In this document: piece after piece, positions 47,708-58,300 of the stretch
Numbering within the stretch: position 1 is the stretch's first letter
Layout of the letters: each line of letters starts with the position of its first letter
Assembly (NCBI GenBank): GCA_965217035.1
Contig: OZ244226.1
Coordinates: forward strand, 2,028,146 to 2,092,145
Length of the DNA: 64,000 nucleotides
From: Bacteriovoracaceae bacterium
GTDB lineage: Bacteria; Bdellovibrionota; Bacteriovoracia; Bacteriovoracales; Bacteriovoracaceae
Direction of reading: 5' to 3'
The notes under the pieces: model-generated
Database searches by the model: none
What the model saw: only the letters and a program-made list of their open reading frames with translations
What the model was told of the DNA's origin: nothing
Position numbers and translations under genes: made by a program

Positions 47708-50700
47708 TCATTTGAGTGTGTTTTTTAAAGGAAGAGTGAAGAGCGTCAAGTTTTTGCTCCCTCTTTTTCCACAAACAAAAGGAATTTCAAAAGATTTTAT
47801 TGATTTATTTAAGCGGTTAGAGAGCCTTTGACATCCACGCGGAACTTTAAAGGCATGAGAAAGGGGTCTAAAGATTTTATTTCCATCGAATACTGCAAGT
47901 TGATAACTATCCTCTGTTAACGACTGTCCGTTCCATAAAATAGCCGGTTTCAGTACTCCCTCGAACTGGAAGTAGGTTGATTCATAAAGCATCGCTTGAT
48001 TATTCACTGGTATGAAGCTGTAGAACTTCCAAGGATGAGTCGTCCATTGATTATTAACTTTATCAAAAAGACTTAAATTAAAGTCTTGAAAGTAAATATC
48101 AAGTTCGGCTTCTTCAGAATCAAACGAAGCAAGAGGGTAATAAGTTGAATACTTATCAATCTGAGTCTCGAGGAGATTAATTTTTCCATTTTTATATTTG
48201 TATTGAGTCAAAGAATCTTGATTCGTTATTTGAACATAATCATGTCGTGAATAACTTGAGTCTTGATTGGCAAAGACTTCTCGCTTTGCAAATTTCCCAA
48301 GGTCCCAAACTTCACCTTCCACTTTTTCAACAGTGTATTCGAAGTTATTGGTAATCGTTACGAGATTAACTGTTTTATAATAAGAGTCGCCACTGAGCAC
48401 AAGAAATTTTGCACAGGTTCCTCTTTTGCAACTTGAATCATCTTTCAAGGGACCAATCACTCTGAATTGTTTTAACTTATAACTTCTTCCCATGACTCTC
48501 TTGATAAATTCTTCATCAAGAAGTGAGTAAGTAATGAGAAAATCTTTACCGTCTTTTTCTTCAAGTTTGAGATAGAAGATTTGATCTTCCGCCTCTGTTC
48601 CTAATCTTGAAAATGCATCTTTGCTTTGCTGATGAATAGGCACAAAACTAAAGCCAGAATAAAAAACAGGGAAAGCAATTTTTCCGATCCCTTCAACTTC
48701 TTGAGTGACGAAACTGATATCTTTTGGATTTCGTGGAAGAGTAAAGAGGAGATCCTCAAAGTTCGTATTGTATTCATTAGGAAAGGTCGATCGAACAGGA
48801 ACATAGCGGAACTGACTTCTCTCACCATAAAGAGGATTGAGGTTTTTATCGTAATAAGAATATTGCCAATAAGTTTCAGATTTCTCTGGTTGTTCTTTAT
48901 TTACAATTCTGTGAATAGAGAACACCAGATAATCTTTCTCTCCATCAGCGTTCAGATCAAGTTTCATCAAACTTGTGATTTTGTTTGATTTTTCTAACAA
49001 GATCTTCTTCTTTGACTTAAGAGTTGATTGATTTTCTTGAAAGATAGTTAGCTCTAGTCCAACTCCAGCCTTGATTGTAACCGTATAATACTCCTCTTCA
49101 CCCTCCTGAAAGTTAAGGATAGGTCGAAGTTTAGACTCCGCTGATTCTCGAATAAGAGCAGAATCCTGAGGAGAGATTCTTTTCTTTGTTAATAAGTCTA
49201 AATTAAGATCATAAAGAATTGGGTATTCTACAATATATTTTTTATCGTCAAAAGAGACTTTGATCTTAATTCTATCAGGAGCTTTTGACTGATCTCCAAC
49301 CGAGAACTTTAATGGAATATCAATAATTCCTAATGCACGAAGTGAGAAGTTCTTTTGAATTTTAAGAGAATAGGCTTTAGTGAGTGATTCAACCTTAATT
49401 TTCTTATTCACGGTTTTTCGTGACAGATTTTCAATTGCAATTTTTCCTGTCACTTCTTTAGTCTTTTGATCATATTTAAAGTTTTGAATTCTTTTGAAGT
49501 TTGGAAAAACAACCTGGGGGTTATTTTGATTAATAAGTTTAGAGTAATCAATCATTCCCACAAGAGAAGCTGTCACTTCTTTATCATTGGGGACAGGATT
49601 AGTCGCATTGAAAAGAATCCTTTTGATATCTGCTAAATTAAGACGCGAATCAATAGACTTCATAAAAGCAATCGCCCCGCTGATATAGGCCGTCGCCTGA
49701 CTTGTTCCCGATAAGTATTCATAACCAGCGATAGTGAAATCAAGAGGGTCTAAACTTTGAGGGTAAAGACTCAAAATTTTATCACCAGGAGCAAGAATAT
49801 CAACATTATGTCCATAATTGCTCATTTTGCTGAGATTTCCATAAGGGTCAGTGCTTCCAACGCAGATAACATTCATGAGTCGACAAGGGAAAGTGCTATC
49901 ATTGCTTCCCGAATTATCAGATGAAGTCACGATTGCGATATTTCTTTTTAATGCATCTTGAATTGTTTTCTCGAGTCTTGAAGACATTGAAATTTTATTC
50001 CAACCAATCGACATATTAATGACGTCGACTTTCATTCTAATTGCATACTCAAGAGCTTGTGTGACCACTGTTGCAAGTGGCTTTCTTTGAATAACTTGAC
50101 CCGAAACAATATTAACAAATCGTCCTGTTAAGGCGTTAGGGTTATCGTAAACCTTAATAGGAAGAATTTTTATATGATCAGAGATTCCTTTAAGCCCTGT
50201 ATTATTATCTCTACGAGCGGCGAGTATTCCCGCAATATGAGTTCCATGTCCGTCGAGATCGAAAGGAAGTCGACGTGCTTGTTTGAGTTCATCGCTTAAA
50301 GATTTTTTGCGATCTTCAGAGAGATTTTGCAATTTCGGTGTGGCAAGTAGTTCTCGGATTTCTTTGTCATTTAGTGAAGCGAAATTCCATCCAAGGCAGT
50401 CTCCTGGGTATCCATTTTTATCTCGGTCTTCATTCACAAGAAAAAGAGGGTTGCCATCTTGATCACATTCTTTTTGATTGCGATAAATATTCTTCTGAAG
50501 ATCTGGATGTTGAAAACTTACACCTGAATCGATAACGGCCACAACGACATCTTTTTTCTGAGGAAATCGAGTTTCTAAAAATTGATTAAGTTTTGTATCA
50601 AATCCCTTCTTTGATTTTACATCATCGATTTGGTGAAAGTTTCTTCGAAGACGAATCACGTTACCTTGGTTTTCATGACCCCACTGTAAGTGCGAATAAT

Positions 50701-50749
50701 CGACCTGAGCATAAGTAGAAGAAATAAAGAGAAGTACTAACCATTTCAT
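47708..50749 (-). CDS. Secreted S8 subtilisin-like protease with large C-terminal extension
   Basis: VAVIDSG, HGTHIAG, SGTSQAT triad; ATG 50749 overlaps the upstream TAA. Confidence 0.93.
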   Translation of the reverse strand: MKWLVLLFISSTYAQVDYSHLQWGHENQGNVIRLRRNFHQIDDVKSKKGFDTKLNQFLETRFPQKKDVVVAVIDSGVSFQHPDLQKNIYRNQKECDQDGNPLFLVNEDRDKNGYPGDCLGWNFASLNDKEIRELLATPKLQNLSEDRKKSLSDELKQARRLPFDLDGHGTHIAGILAARRDNNTGLKGISDHIKILPIKVYDNPNALTGRFVNIVSGQVIQRKPLATVVTQALEYAIRMKVDVINMSIGWNKISMSSRLEKTIQDALKRNIAIVTSSDNSGSNDSTFPCRLMNVICVGSTDPYGNLSKMSNYGHNVDILAPGDKILSLYPQSLDPLDFTIAGYEYLSGTSQATAYISGAIAFMKSIDSRLNLADIKRILFNATNPVPNDKEVTASLVGMIDYSKLINQNNPQVVFPNFKRIQNFKYDQKTKEVTGKIAIENLSRKTVNKKIKVESLTKAYSLKIQKNFSLRALGIIDIPLKFSVGDQSKAPDRIKIKVSFDDKKYIVEYPILYDLNLDLLTKKRISPQDSALIRESAESKLRPILNFQEGEEEYYTVTIKAGVGLELTIFQENQSTLKSKKKILLEKSNKITSLMKLDLNADGEKDYLVFSIHRIVNKEQPEKSETYWQYSYYDKNLNPLYGERSQFRYVPVRSTFPNEYNTNFEDLLFTLPRNPKDISFVTQEVEGIGKIAFPVFYSGFSFVPIHQQSKDAFSRLGTEAEDQIFYLKLEEKDGKDFLITYSLLDEEFIKRVMGRSYKLKQFRVIGPLKDDSSCKRGTCAKFLVLSGDSYYKTVNLVTITNNFEYTVEKVEGEVWDLGKFAKREVFANQDSSYSRHDYVQITNQDSLTQYKYKNGKINLLETQIDKYSTYYPLASFDSEEAELDIYFQDFNLSLFDKVNNQWTTHPWKFYSFIPVNNQAMLYESTYFQFEGVLKPAILWNGQSLTEDSYQLAVFDGNKIFRPLSHAFKVPRGCQRLSNRLNKSIKSFEIPFVCGKRGSKNLTLFTLPLKNTLK

Positions 50750-53700
50750 TAGTAGATCCTCCCTAAAATCCAATTCAGATAAAGTTCACCACGAGTCATT
50801 CCCCATTTAGTGGTATTCAGACTTTGCTCAAGCATTGAGAGTGGGAGAGTTCTATTATCATTAAAACTTCTTGGAGCGAGTTGAAAGAATTCACCGAGTG
50901 TTCCAAAAGAGTTTGATTTTACTTGAGATTCATAATTCATCCCTTTCTGTTCTACTCCATCTCTAAAACCATTCATCGTCGCATTAGTATAAAAGTGCGC
51001 TCTTCCTCCCCAAGCTTTTGTTAAGCCTTCAAGAGTGAGATTTTCAGTAAGGGCCATGATGCTTTTTGACGTAAACTTTACAACCTTTTTCCAGTCTTTG
51101 TCCTTTTTAAATTTAAAATATTTCTTTCTAAATCTCTTAAAGTCTTTATAGGTAAAGCGACCCTGTACTTGTTCGTCTTGAGCATAGTCATCAAAAAGCT
51201 TTTTAATTTCTTTGAGCTTCATATTAAACATGTGCTCAATCCCAGCATCGTAGACATAAAAATTCACGGCCAAGTAATAAACTAGGATTTTCTTAATATC
51301 GTAATCAGGATTATCTGGAAAGTAATCATATCGATAGCGCATCTCAAGCTCTTTCACTTTTTGAGCAATGGTATCTCGATCAGCTTCCCAACCATTCACA
51401 CTCTCGGCGATATGAGCAAATTGACCAATAATCTCCTCATTTTCATTGTATTCCATTTCATGAGTGACTTCTGTGTTTTTAGATTTACCTGTAATGGATA
51501 AACCTGGATTTAGAGGAGTTCCTAGGATTGAGATATTAAAATTAGCATTCTTTCTAATTAAGTGTTCAAGAATTTCCGATCCATAATTCGCTATATTCTT
51601 CCCTCGAGATTTTCCTTCATAATATCTTTTGAAGTTCTTTCTTTGGTTGTCTGGAGTAATGACTTCAATATTATTACTGGATTTAATTCTGTTGAAATTA
51701 AACCAGAAAACTCCAATCTTTCTTAAAGATTGATCATATTTAAACTTTAATGTTAGCGGCTTCATAACCTTTTTAAGAGGTCTTAATGTTCCGGCCACAA
51801 AGAGTGAGCGAATCGCTAAAAGGTTTTGAATAATATTCGGATTATCTTCCGAGAGATCAATATTAAAGAATTGTGTCTTAGCACGACCGCCAGGAATCTT
51901 CTCAAGAGACCAGCGAGCAACTGGAACACCTGAAATCGCTAACTGGCTAGCAACTTTTAAGCGAGCAAGGTTTCCGAAGTTCTTATAAACATGAAGGCTA
52001 TTAGGTCCGGCTCTTAAGATATGTAAACGGTTGAGAACTGTATAATCAGCTCCTCCACCAAGGCTGAGTTCTGCAAGTTTTTTATATGAAGCTGTCACTC
52101 CACCTGTCGCAGTTGCTCCAATTGTATCAGTAATAAGAAAAGATTCTCCAAGTTTAAGCTTCTCTTTAAAGAGCTTAAGGTCCTCTTTGGCCGTAGCGAT
52201 AAGCTCTTGTCTCGAAACACCTTCATTCTTACTCTTTTTAAGCTCGTTAAAAACTTTACCAATTCTACCTTTTACGAAAGGAACAATAGATTCTTTAAAA
52301 GGAAGCTTACTATTAGCATCTTTTATACTGGTAACAGGAGTAATATGAGAATAAACTCTTGAAACTTGAGCTCCAAGTCTTGCTGAAACAGGAGAAGTAT
52401 TAAAGCCTTTAATATTATTAGCACGCTTATAAAGATTTTCATTGGTGAGAAACTCGTTATAACCCATCTTCGCAAAGTATTTTCCAATGCCAAGACTCAA
52501 TCCAACTGAATCAACAAGACTGACGAGTTGATCACTTCCTTGGAAACGACCAGTTACAAGGTTACGTGAGAAAATAATATTATAATTATGGTAGTTAAAG
52601 TTCCACTTCTTCATTAAAAGGTTTTCTTCAGTCCCATTTTGTTCAAAATTGTTAAGGGCCGTATTCACAGCATTTTGGATAATCGAATTATTCTTGCTTC
52701 CAATATCAGTGCTCAAGTCAGGTCTTGAGTTAATAAAGCTCATGACGCCATTAAGGGCAGTAGAGAAAGCTTTTGACTTAATAAATTCCCAAAGATCTGT
52801 CCGTCCAATAGGGTTTTCTCTATCGCTATCACAAAATGGAATTGCGTAATTTTCCCAGGAACACTTTATGAGTTTTCCGTCATCAAGGGAAACACCCATA
52901 TTGGGCTTGTAATCAACAATAATTTGCCCAAGATCCATTTGAAAAAGTGAAACTAAGGAATTGTATCGAGAGATAGTCTTTTCTAGAACAATTCTTTGGA
53001 CGGCTCCTGGTAATTCGGATGCTTTAACAATTTCTTCCCAATCATTTCGAGTGAGCTTACTGAGACGACGAAGCATCCACTGACCATCTTTATAATCCAT
53101 CTCAAATTGAGGGGCACTTCCATAATCGAGGAAGATATTTTGAGAAACAAGTTTCCCTGCCCACCATTCATAAGCATTAGTTGATCCTGAATAGTTAAGA
53201 ATAGAATAGGTTACAAGAAGAGAGTTAAAACTTCTTTTATTTTGAATCTCAGGTTCTTCAAAAGGTTCAAGAGCAAGATTTGTTAGATCTCCCTCAGTAA
53301 TATCTCTGACGATAACATCTTGAAGAATAACCCAGTTTTTATTCTCTGGGTTGTGATAAATCCACTTATCTTTTGTGACCCATTTTTCATCAACCTCGTC
53401 CTCTTCATCATCAATTTCAAGTTCGAGGTTATGAATCCAATTATAATGTTCGAGAAAAGAGAGTTTCTCTTCCTGGTTTTTGAATTCAACTTTTACTTTT
53501 TCTATTCTTTTAAGTTTTGGAATAAAATAACCAATTTTTCTTAAAAGAGTTTTCATCATAAGCGAACGGTAGTTCGTATTGCTCATAATGATTTCATAAG
53601 TTTTTTTATTTTTTAAAACATGAATAGAGGACTCTTCTCCATCAAGGGATCCGGGGCGAATATAATTAACAGTACTGTTATTATTGATCTGAATACTATC

Positions 53701-53976
53701 GTCTTCAGCATTGATGTTATCATTAAGGCGAAATTTATTGAGCCAGTAAGTGTTAATCTCTGGATCGAGTGTGGAAATATCAAATTTTCCATCCCAGCCT
53801 TGTTTACGGAGCTTCAAAACCCCGAGAGGGCTTAACTTTTGACCATCATACACCAGGTCTGAAGCGACTTTTCCTTGCTCACCGATGGTAATTCCGTTAT
53901 CTAGCGGAAAATAGAGTTCTTGTGAGAACCCGATTTTCACCATAAATATTAATAAAATCAGCAGTTTACTAGTCAT
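50749..53976 (-). CDS. Large secreted hypothetical protein (1075 aa)
   Basis: Signal peptide; long ORF; coupled to the S8 gene (TAATG). Confidence 0.85.
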   Translation of the reverse strand: MTSKLLILLIFMVKIGFSQELYFPLDNGITIGEQGKVASDLVYDGQKLSPLGVLKLRKQGWDGKFDISTLDPEINTYWLNKFRLNDNINAEDDSIQINNNSTVNYIRPGSLDGEESSIHVLKNKKTYEIIMSNTNYRSLMMKTLLRKIGYFIPKLKRIEKVKVEFKNQEEKLSFLEHYNWIHNLELEIDDEEDEVDEKWVTKDKWIYHNPENKNWVILQDVIVRDITEGDLTNLALEPFEEPEIQNKRSFNSLLVTYSILNYSGSTNAYEWWAGKLVSQNIFLDYGSAPQFEMDYKDGQWMLRRLSKLTRNDWEEIVKASELPGAVQRIVLEKTISRYNSLVSLFQMDLGQIIVDYKPNMGVSLDDGKLIKCSWENYAIPFCDSDRENPIGRTDLWEFIKSKAFSTALNGVMSFINSRPDLSTDIGSKNNSIIQNAVNTALNNFEQNGTEENLLMKKWNFNYHNYNIIFSRNLVTGRFQGSDQLVSLVDSVGLSLGIGKYFAKMGYNEFLTNENLYKRANNIKGFNTSPVSARLGAQVSRVYSHITPVTSIKDANSKLPFKESIVPFVKGRIGKVFNELKKSKNEGVSRQELIATAKEDLKLFKEKLKLGESFLITDTIGATATGGVTASYKKLAELSLGGGADYTVLNRLHILRAGPNSLHVYKNFGNLARLKVASQLAISGVPVARWSLEKIPGGRAKTQFFNIDLSEDNPNIIQNLLAIRSLFVAGTLRPLKKVMKPLTLKFKYDQSLRKIGVFWFNFNRIKSSNNIEVITPDNQRKNFKRYYEGKSRGKNIANYGSEILEHLIRKNANFNISILGTPLNPGLSITGKSKNTEVTHEMEYNENEEIIGQFAHIAESVNGWEADRDTIAQKVKELEMRYRYDYFPDNPDYDIKKILVYYLAVNFYVYDAGIEHMFNMKLKEIKKLFDDYAQDEQVQGRFTYKDFKRFRKKYFKFKKDKDWKKVVKFTSKSIMALTENLTLEGLTKAWGGRAHFYTNATMNGFRDGVEQKGMNYESQVKSNSFGTLGEFFQLAPRSFNDNRTLPLSMLEQSLNTTKWGMTRGELYLNWILGRIY

Positions 53977-54052
53977 TTTAGAAGAGGCCCCTCTCTATAT
54001 TACAGACTCTTTTATCGCAAGTTAGTGAAATAAGATAGGTGATTGTAAGAAC

Positions 54053-55327
54053 TTAAGACGAGATGCGTTGGTTTCTTGAGTAAATCAAAGTGAACATTGA
54101 GAAGGCTAAAAGGGAGCCCAGGCAGAGGCTTGGATTGGAACTGAATTTAAACAGAAGAAAGAGAAAGCCAGCGGAAATCAAAATGACTAATCCTTGAAGG
54201 ATATTCATGGCCGAAATTAATTGAGAGCAACCACCTTGTGGAGCAAACTCTTGAATATAAGTTTGAAGAGGGACGATATAAATCCCACCAAAGATCGAAA
54301 GACAAAGAAAATTAAAAAGAATTACACAGGCCATTGGTTCATGAATAAATGCTTGAAAATTTTGAAGCTCTGAATCTGAGGAGTTCCAAAAACTTAAAGC
54401 AAGAGCGACAAAATTTGTTACGATCATTCCTTTAAGTCCAAAGCGAGAGATTTCAGATGAATTTTTAAAATAAGATTTCATCTTGGGGCAAAGAAAAGAA
54501 CCTATTGCTATCCCAATCGAAAAGCTTGCCATGAAAGCAGTTGCAACGCTTTCGTCGCCTTTTAGATTGTCTTTTACATAGCCAGGAATGAAAATAAGAA
54601 GAAAATTTCCTGCGAACCATAACCAAGTTGAAAGAATAAGAACTCTTCCCATCATTTTATCTTGAAAGGCAAACTTAAGATTATTAAAAATCTCTAAAGG
54701 AATATTTAGACTTACTTTTTGTTTTTTTTCTGGTGTTTTACTTTTTGGGATAAGTGTCGAAGTCAAAAAACCTAATAAAGCAATGGCGACAAGAATATAA
54801 CCAATAATAATAGGATCATTAGAATTCATTTTTGAGATAATTCCACCTGCTGCAACTCCGAGAAGTATTGCAACGAAAGTTCCCATCGCAAAAATACCAT
54901 TAGCACTAAGAAGTTCATCAGATTCCATCACTTCTGGAAGTATTCCTAGTTTTGCTGGACCAAAAAAAGCTGATTGAGCACCCATAAAGAAAAGAACCAG
55001 TATAAGAAAGCCTATTTGGTTGGAAGCAAATCCAATTAAGGCTGCAATCATAATGAAAATTTCAAGCAATTTAATTAGTCTCATGATTTTACTTTTAGAA
55101 TAAGAATCAGCAAGAATTCCTGCTTGAGGGGAGAATAAAAAGTAGGGGAGAGTAAAAAGAAAACTTGCTATTGAGACAATTTGCTTACTGTTATAACTCC
55201 AGAGAGTAAAACTCTGATAGGTGATTAAGATGATGAGGGCCTGTTTGAAGACATTATCGTTAAATGCATTTAAAAATTGGGTGACAAAAAGAGGGAGATA
55301 TCTTCTTTGAAAGAAAAAACTTTTCAT
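54053..55327 (-). CDS. MFS transporter (LplT/Aas-like)
   Basis: FVTQFLNAFNDNVFK, PYFLFSP.AG.LAD, QSAFFGPAK.GILPE, GIYIVPL. Confidence 0.9.
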   Translation of the reverse strand: MKSFFFQRRYLPLFVTQFLNAFNDNVFKQALIILITYQSFTLWSYNSKQIVSIASFLFTLPYFLFSPQAGILADSYSKSKIMRLIKLLEIFIMIAALIGFASNQIGFLILVLFFMGAQSAFFGPAKLGILPEVMESDELLSANGIFAMGTFVAILLGVAAGGIISKMNSNDPIIIGYILVAIALLGFLTSTLIPKSKTPEKKQKVSLNIPLEIFNNLKFAFQDKMMGRVLILSTWLWFAGNFLLIFIPGYVKDNLKGDESVATAFMASFSIGIAIGSFLCPKMKSYFKNSSEISRFGLKGMIVTNFVALALSFWNSSDSELQNFQAFIHEPMACVILFNFLCLSIFGGIYIVPLQTYIQEFAPQGGCSQLISAMNILQGLVILISAGFLFLLFKFSSNPSLCLGSLLAFSMFTLIYSRNQRISS

Positions 55328-55329
55328 TT

Positions 55330-58300
55330 TTATTGGCTAAGTAGAGGGTCTGGCTCTCCATTTAAGACTTCGCGATACTCTCGAACCCCTTGCATAGCTC
55401 CCTTATCTGCTCGAGTCATTTTAGTATATTTAATAACGTCATTGAGAGGAACTTTAGCTTTACCAAGAACACTGTCTTGAAAGTCAACAAAGTTCTTGAA
55501 AGCTTTCCAAGCATCTTGGATTCCATCAGCATTAACTCCTGCTCTCCCAGCTTCAAGTGTAAACTTGATTCCACGATTACCCATAAAGTTGTTAACAAAA
55601 CCAGAGGAGGTGATAACCTCATAAGTTTTATCGAGTAGTTTATTCTCTTCTAACATCTTAATCCATTTAAGAAATGCCATCTTGGCTAATTGGTCATTGG
55701 TATAGCCTCGTTTTCCATTGATAAGGAGGTCAACAATCTCTTTGTTTTGCTTTGCTAAAGCAGCTGATTTTTGCATTTGAAGAGCTAACTTATTCCCATT
55801 TAGAACTTTTGCATCAAGCGCTTTGACGTTCTTATTAAGTGTTGCATTAGGTTGAAGATGAGGTTTCATCTCTTCAAGATTTCCGAGGAAATTATCAATA
55901 TCTTTTAATATATTGTCTATTTGATCAGGGCTTTTCATAAGCTCTTCATAAAGATCATCACTATTTCTGACAGCATTCATGACTTCATCTTGATACTTTC
56001 GAAGACGAAACATCTCTGCTAGGTAGGATTTCATTGTATCACCTATCGCTTTTTCAGGTAACTTGATAACATTGCTACTTCTTCTTGTTACATTTCCTCC
56101 TAAATCAAAAATTACTCTAACCGCTCTTTCTACTTGATACCTAACTTCATTCATAATCTTCTTCAGGGGGATAGCCTTATTAAAAATCGTTTTAATTTTA
56201 TCATAGGTCCTATAATGCCAGTGAGGCTTAGCCTTCTTATTGGAAGATAAAACTTTTTTAAGATTTTGCATTTGCTCAAAAATGATCCTTTGATCCATTT
56301 GAAGAAGAGCATTTAAAAAAGTTTGACGAGAGTTTTCAGCAGTCGCGATGAACCTATCATAGAGAACAGCCTTAGGTAATAATTCCTGAGTGGCTTTACC
56401 CATCTTGAGTGTAAAAGCGGGTTTAATACTTTGAAGAAAATCTGCCGTTTTAGGGCTGAGTTTCGAAATAATTCTGAGAAATTGTCCTTTCCGCCCGACA
56501 ATATCTTCTCGAGGAATATAGGCAACCTTATCTCCAGCTTTTAAAGCCTGTCTAGTGGCTTCATCAAAGAGCTCGGCGGGATAATGATTATTAAGCATGT
56601 GATATTTAGAAACACGAAGACCTTTGTAAGCTTGCTGAAATGCAATATAGGCAAATGGAAGATCAAAAAGGACAGCTCCTCCGAGATACATAACCGTTTC
56701 CCATTTATATTCAGAGATTTTCTTTTTTAAGGATTCGTGATCGGAAATCTCATAGTTTACACCATGAAGATGTTTGGAATCGATAAAGTTAACAGCAGTA
56801 ATAGTTTGTCTTTGAAATTGAATAGCAGGGTGGACATTAACAAGATAATGTCTTCCCATAACAACCCCAACCACGAGCCATAAAATATCAAGAGCATAAA
56901 AGAGGACAACCCCAACATCTTTTAGAGTGACGACAGCCATGAATTGAGAGAAAATTTTGATTGCTCCAAGTGCTTTAAAAGAAGTTACGATAGAACTTCC
57001 AATCTTTACAATGCCTGCTACGAATCCACTATTTGCAAATGCTGCTCCGATTGCCGAGGCAAAAGGTACGATTGCAAAAAAAAGATATCCTAGTAATAAT
57101 CCTCCTGCTATTAGTAGTATCCAACCAAAAGCTGGTTCTAATTTATACCTAACAAAATATACAAATGGTCGAATTTTCTTAGTTAATTTTTTATTTATTT
57201 CTTCAGTATTAAATTGATAACCAAGTTGATTGGCTTTTAAGACAAGTTCATTTCTAAGATGTTCTGTTTGATCAAAAAGATACCGAAAATCATCGTCATT
57301 CTCCCAGGTATTATAATCTGCCTCACAGAATCTTTTTATCGTTGGTATATCATCTTTTGTATTTTCTAAATACTCTTCTGATTTTTTCATGACATCGTCA
57401 AAAAGAGTATCAACATAAGAATAATTAATTTCTCCTGTCTCTTTGTTATAAGCTTTATCATAAAGCTTCTGGGAAACAGGCTGTTTGACAGAGACTGTTT
57501 CTTCGAAAGAACCAGTCTCTGTCATCCAGCTATTTGTTTCGAAATGTTCATGCTCAGTGCTTAAAAAAGGCTCAACTCTGTTTGCAATATTTTTCGTATT
57601 TAAAGCCTGATAGTATTGGACATAACTTTTGGTCTTGTAAGTAGGAGTTTTGGGTCTCTTTTTTCCTTTTAAAATATCTTCCGTTAAGCCAAGCATTTGA
57701 AAGATTTGAAAAAGAGCTCTTGATTTTTGATCCCGAACATCAGGAAGATTTTGAGTCGAAAGACTTGCCAAGTGAGTATTATCTCCAAGAAGAGCGGCAT
57801 ATAAATCATCTTCAGCGACTGCCCTTGTTTGATCATACCCAATCAACTTATGGAGTTTCTCTTCAAGGCCCATCTTTTCATCTATCATATCATCTTCATT
57901 TGATGAAGCTAAGAATTCATTTATATCAAAATTTTCTTTTAATTCTCTAGAAGTATCATTTAATTGTTTATCATTATTTCGAGGATTTTGAGGAATATTA
58001 TCCCTTACAATCTCTGGTTTTTCTCGCAGATCAACAGACTTTTTAAATTGATCTTTTTTATCTTTCAACCGAGCTTTACCTTCTTCTATTTTTTTCAAAA
58101 ATTGATCAAGGTTCTTTTTAGAAACTGATTTGCGATACTTTTGAACGGCGACAATCTCTTCCTTTGTAAGTTCATTTTTTTTCGCTATATTATTAAGATC
58201 TAATTTAAGCCTTTTCGGATCTATTTTAAGATTGTTTGGATATTTTTTTTCTTTGTTTGGTTGTAGAGTAGAAATAGCATTCCTTATACTCTCTGAGGCC

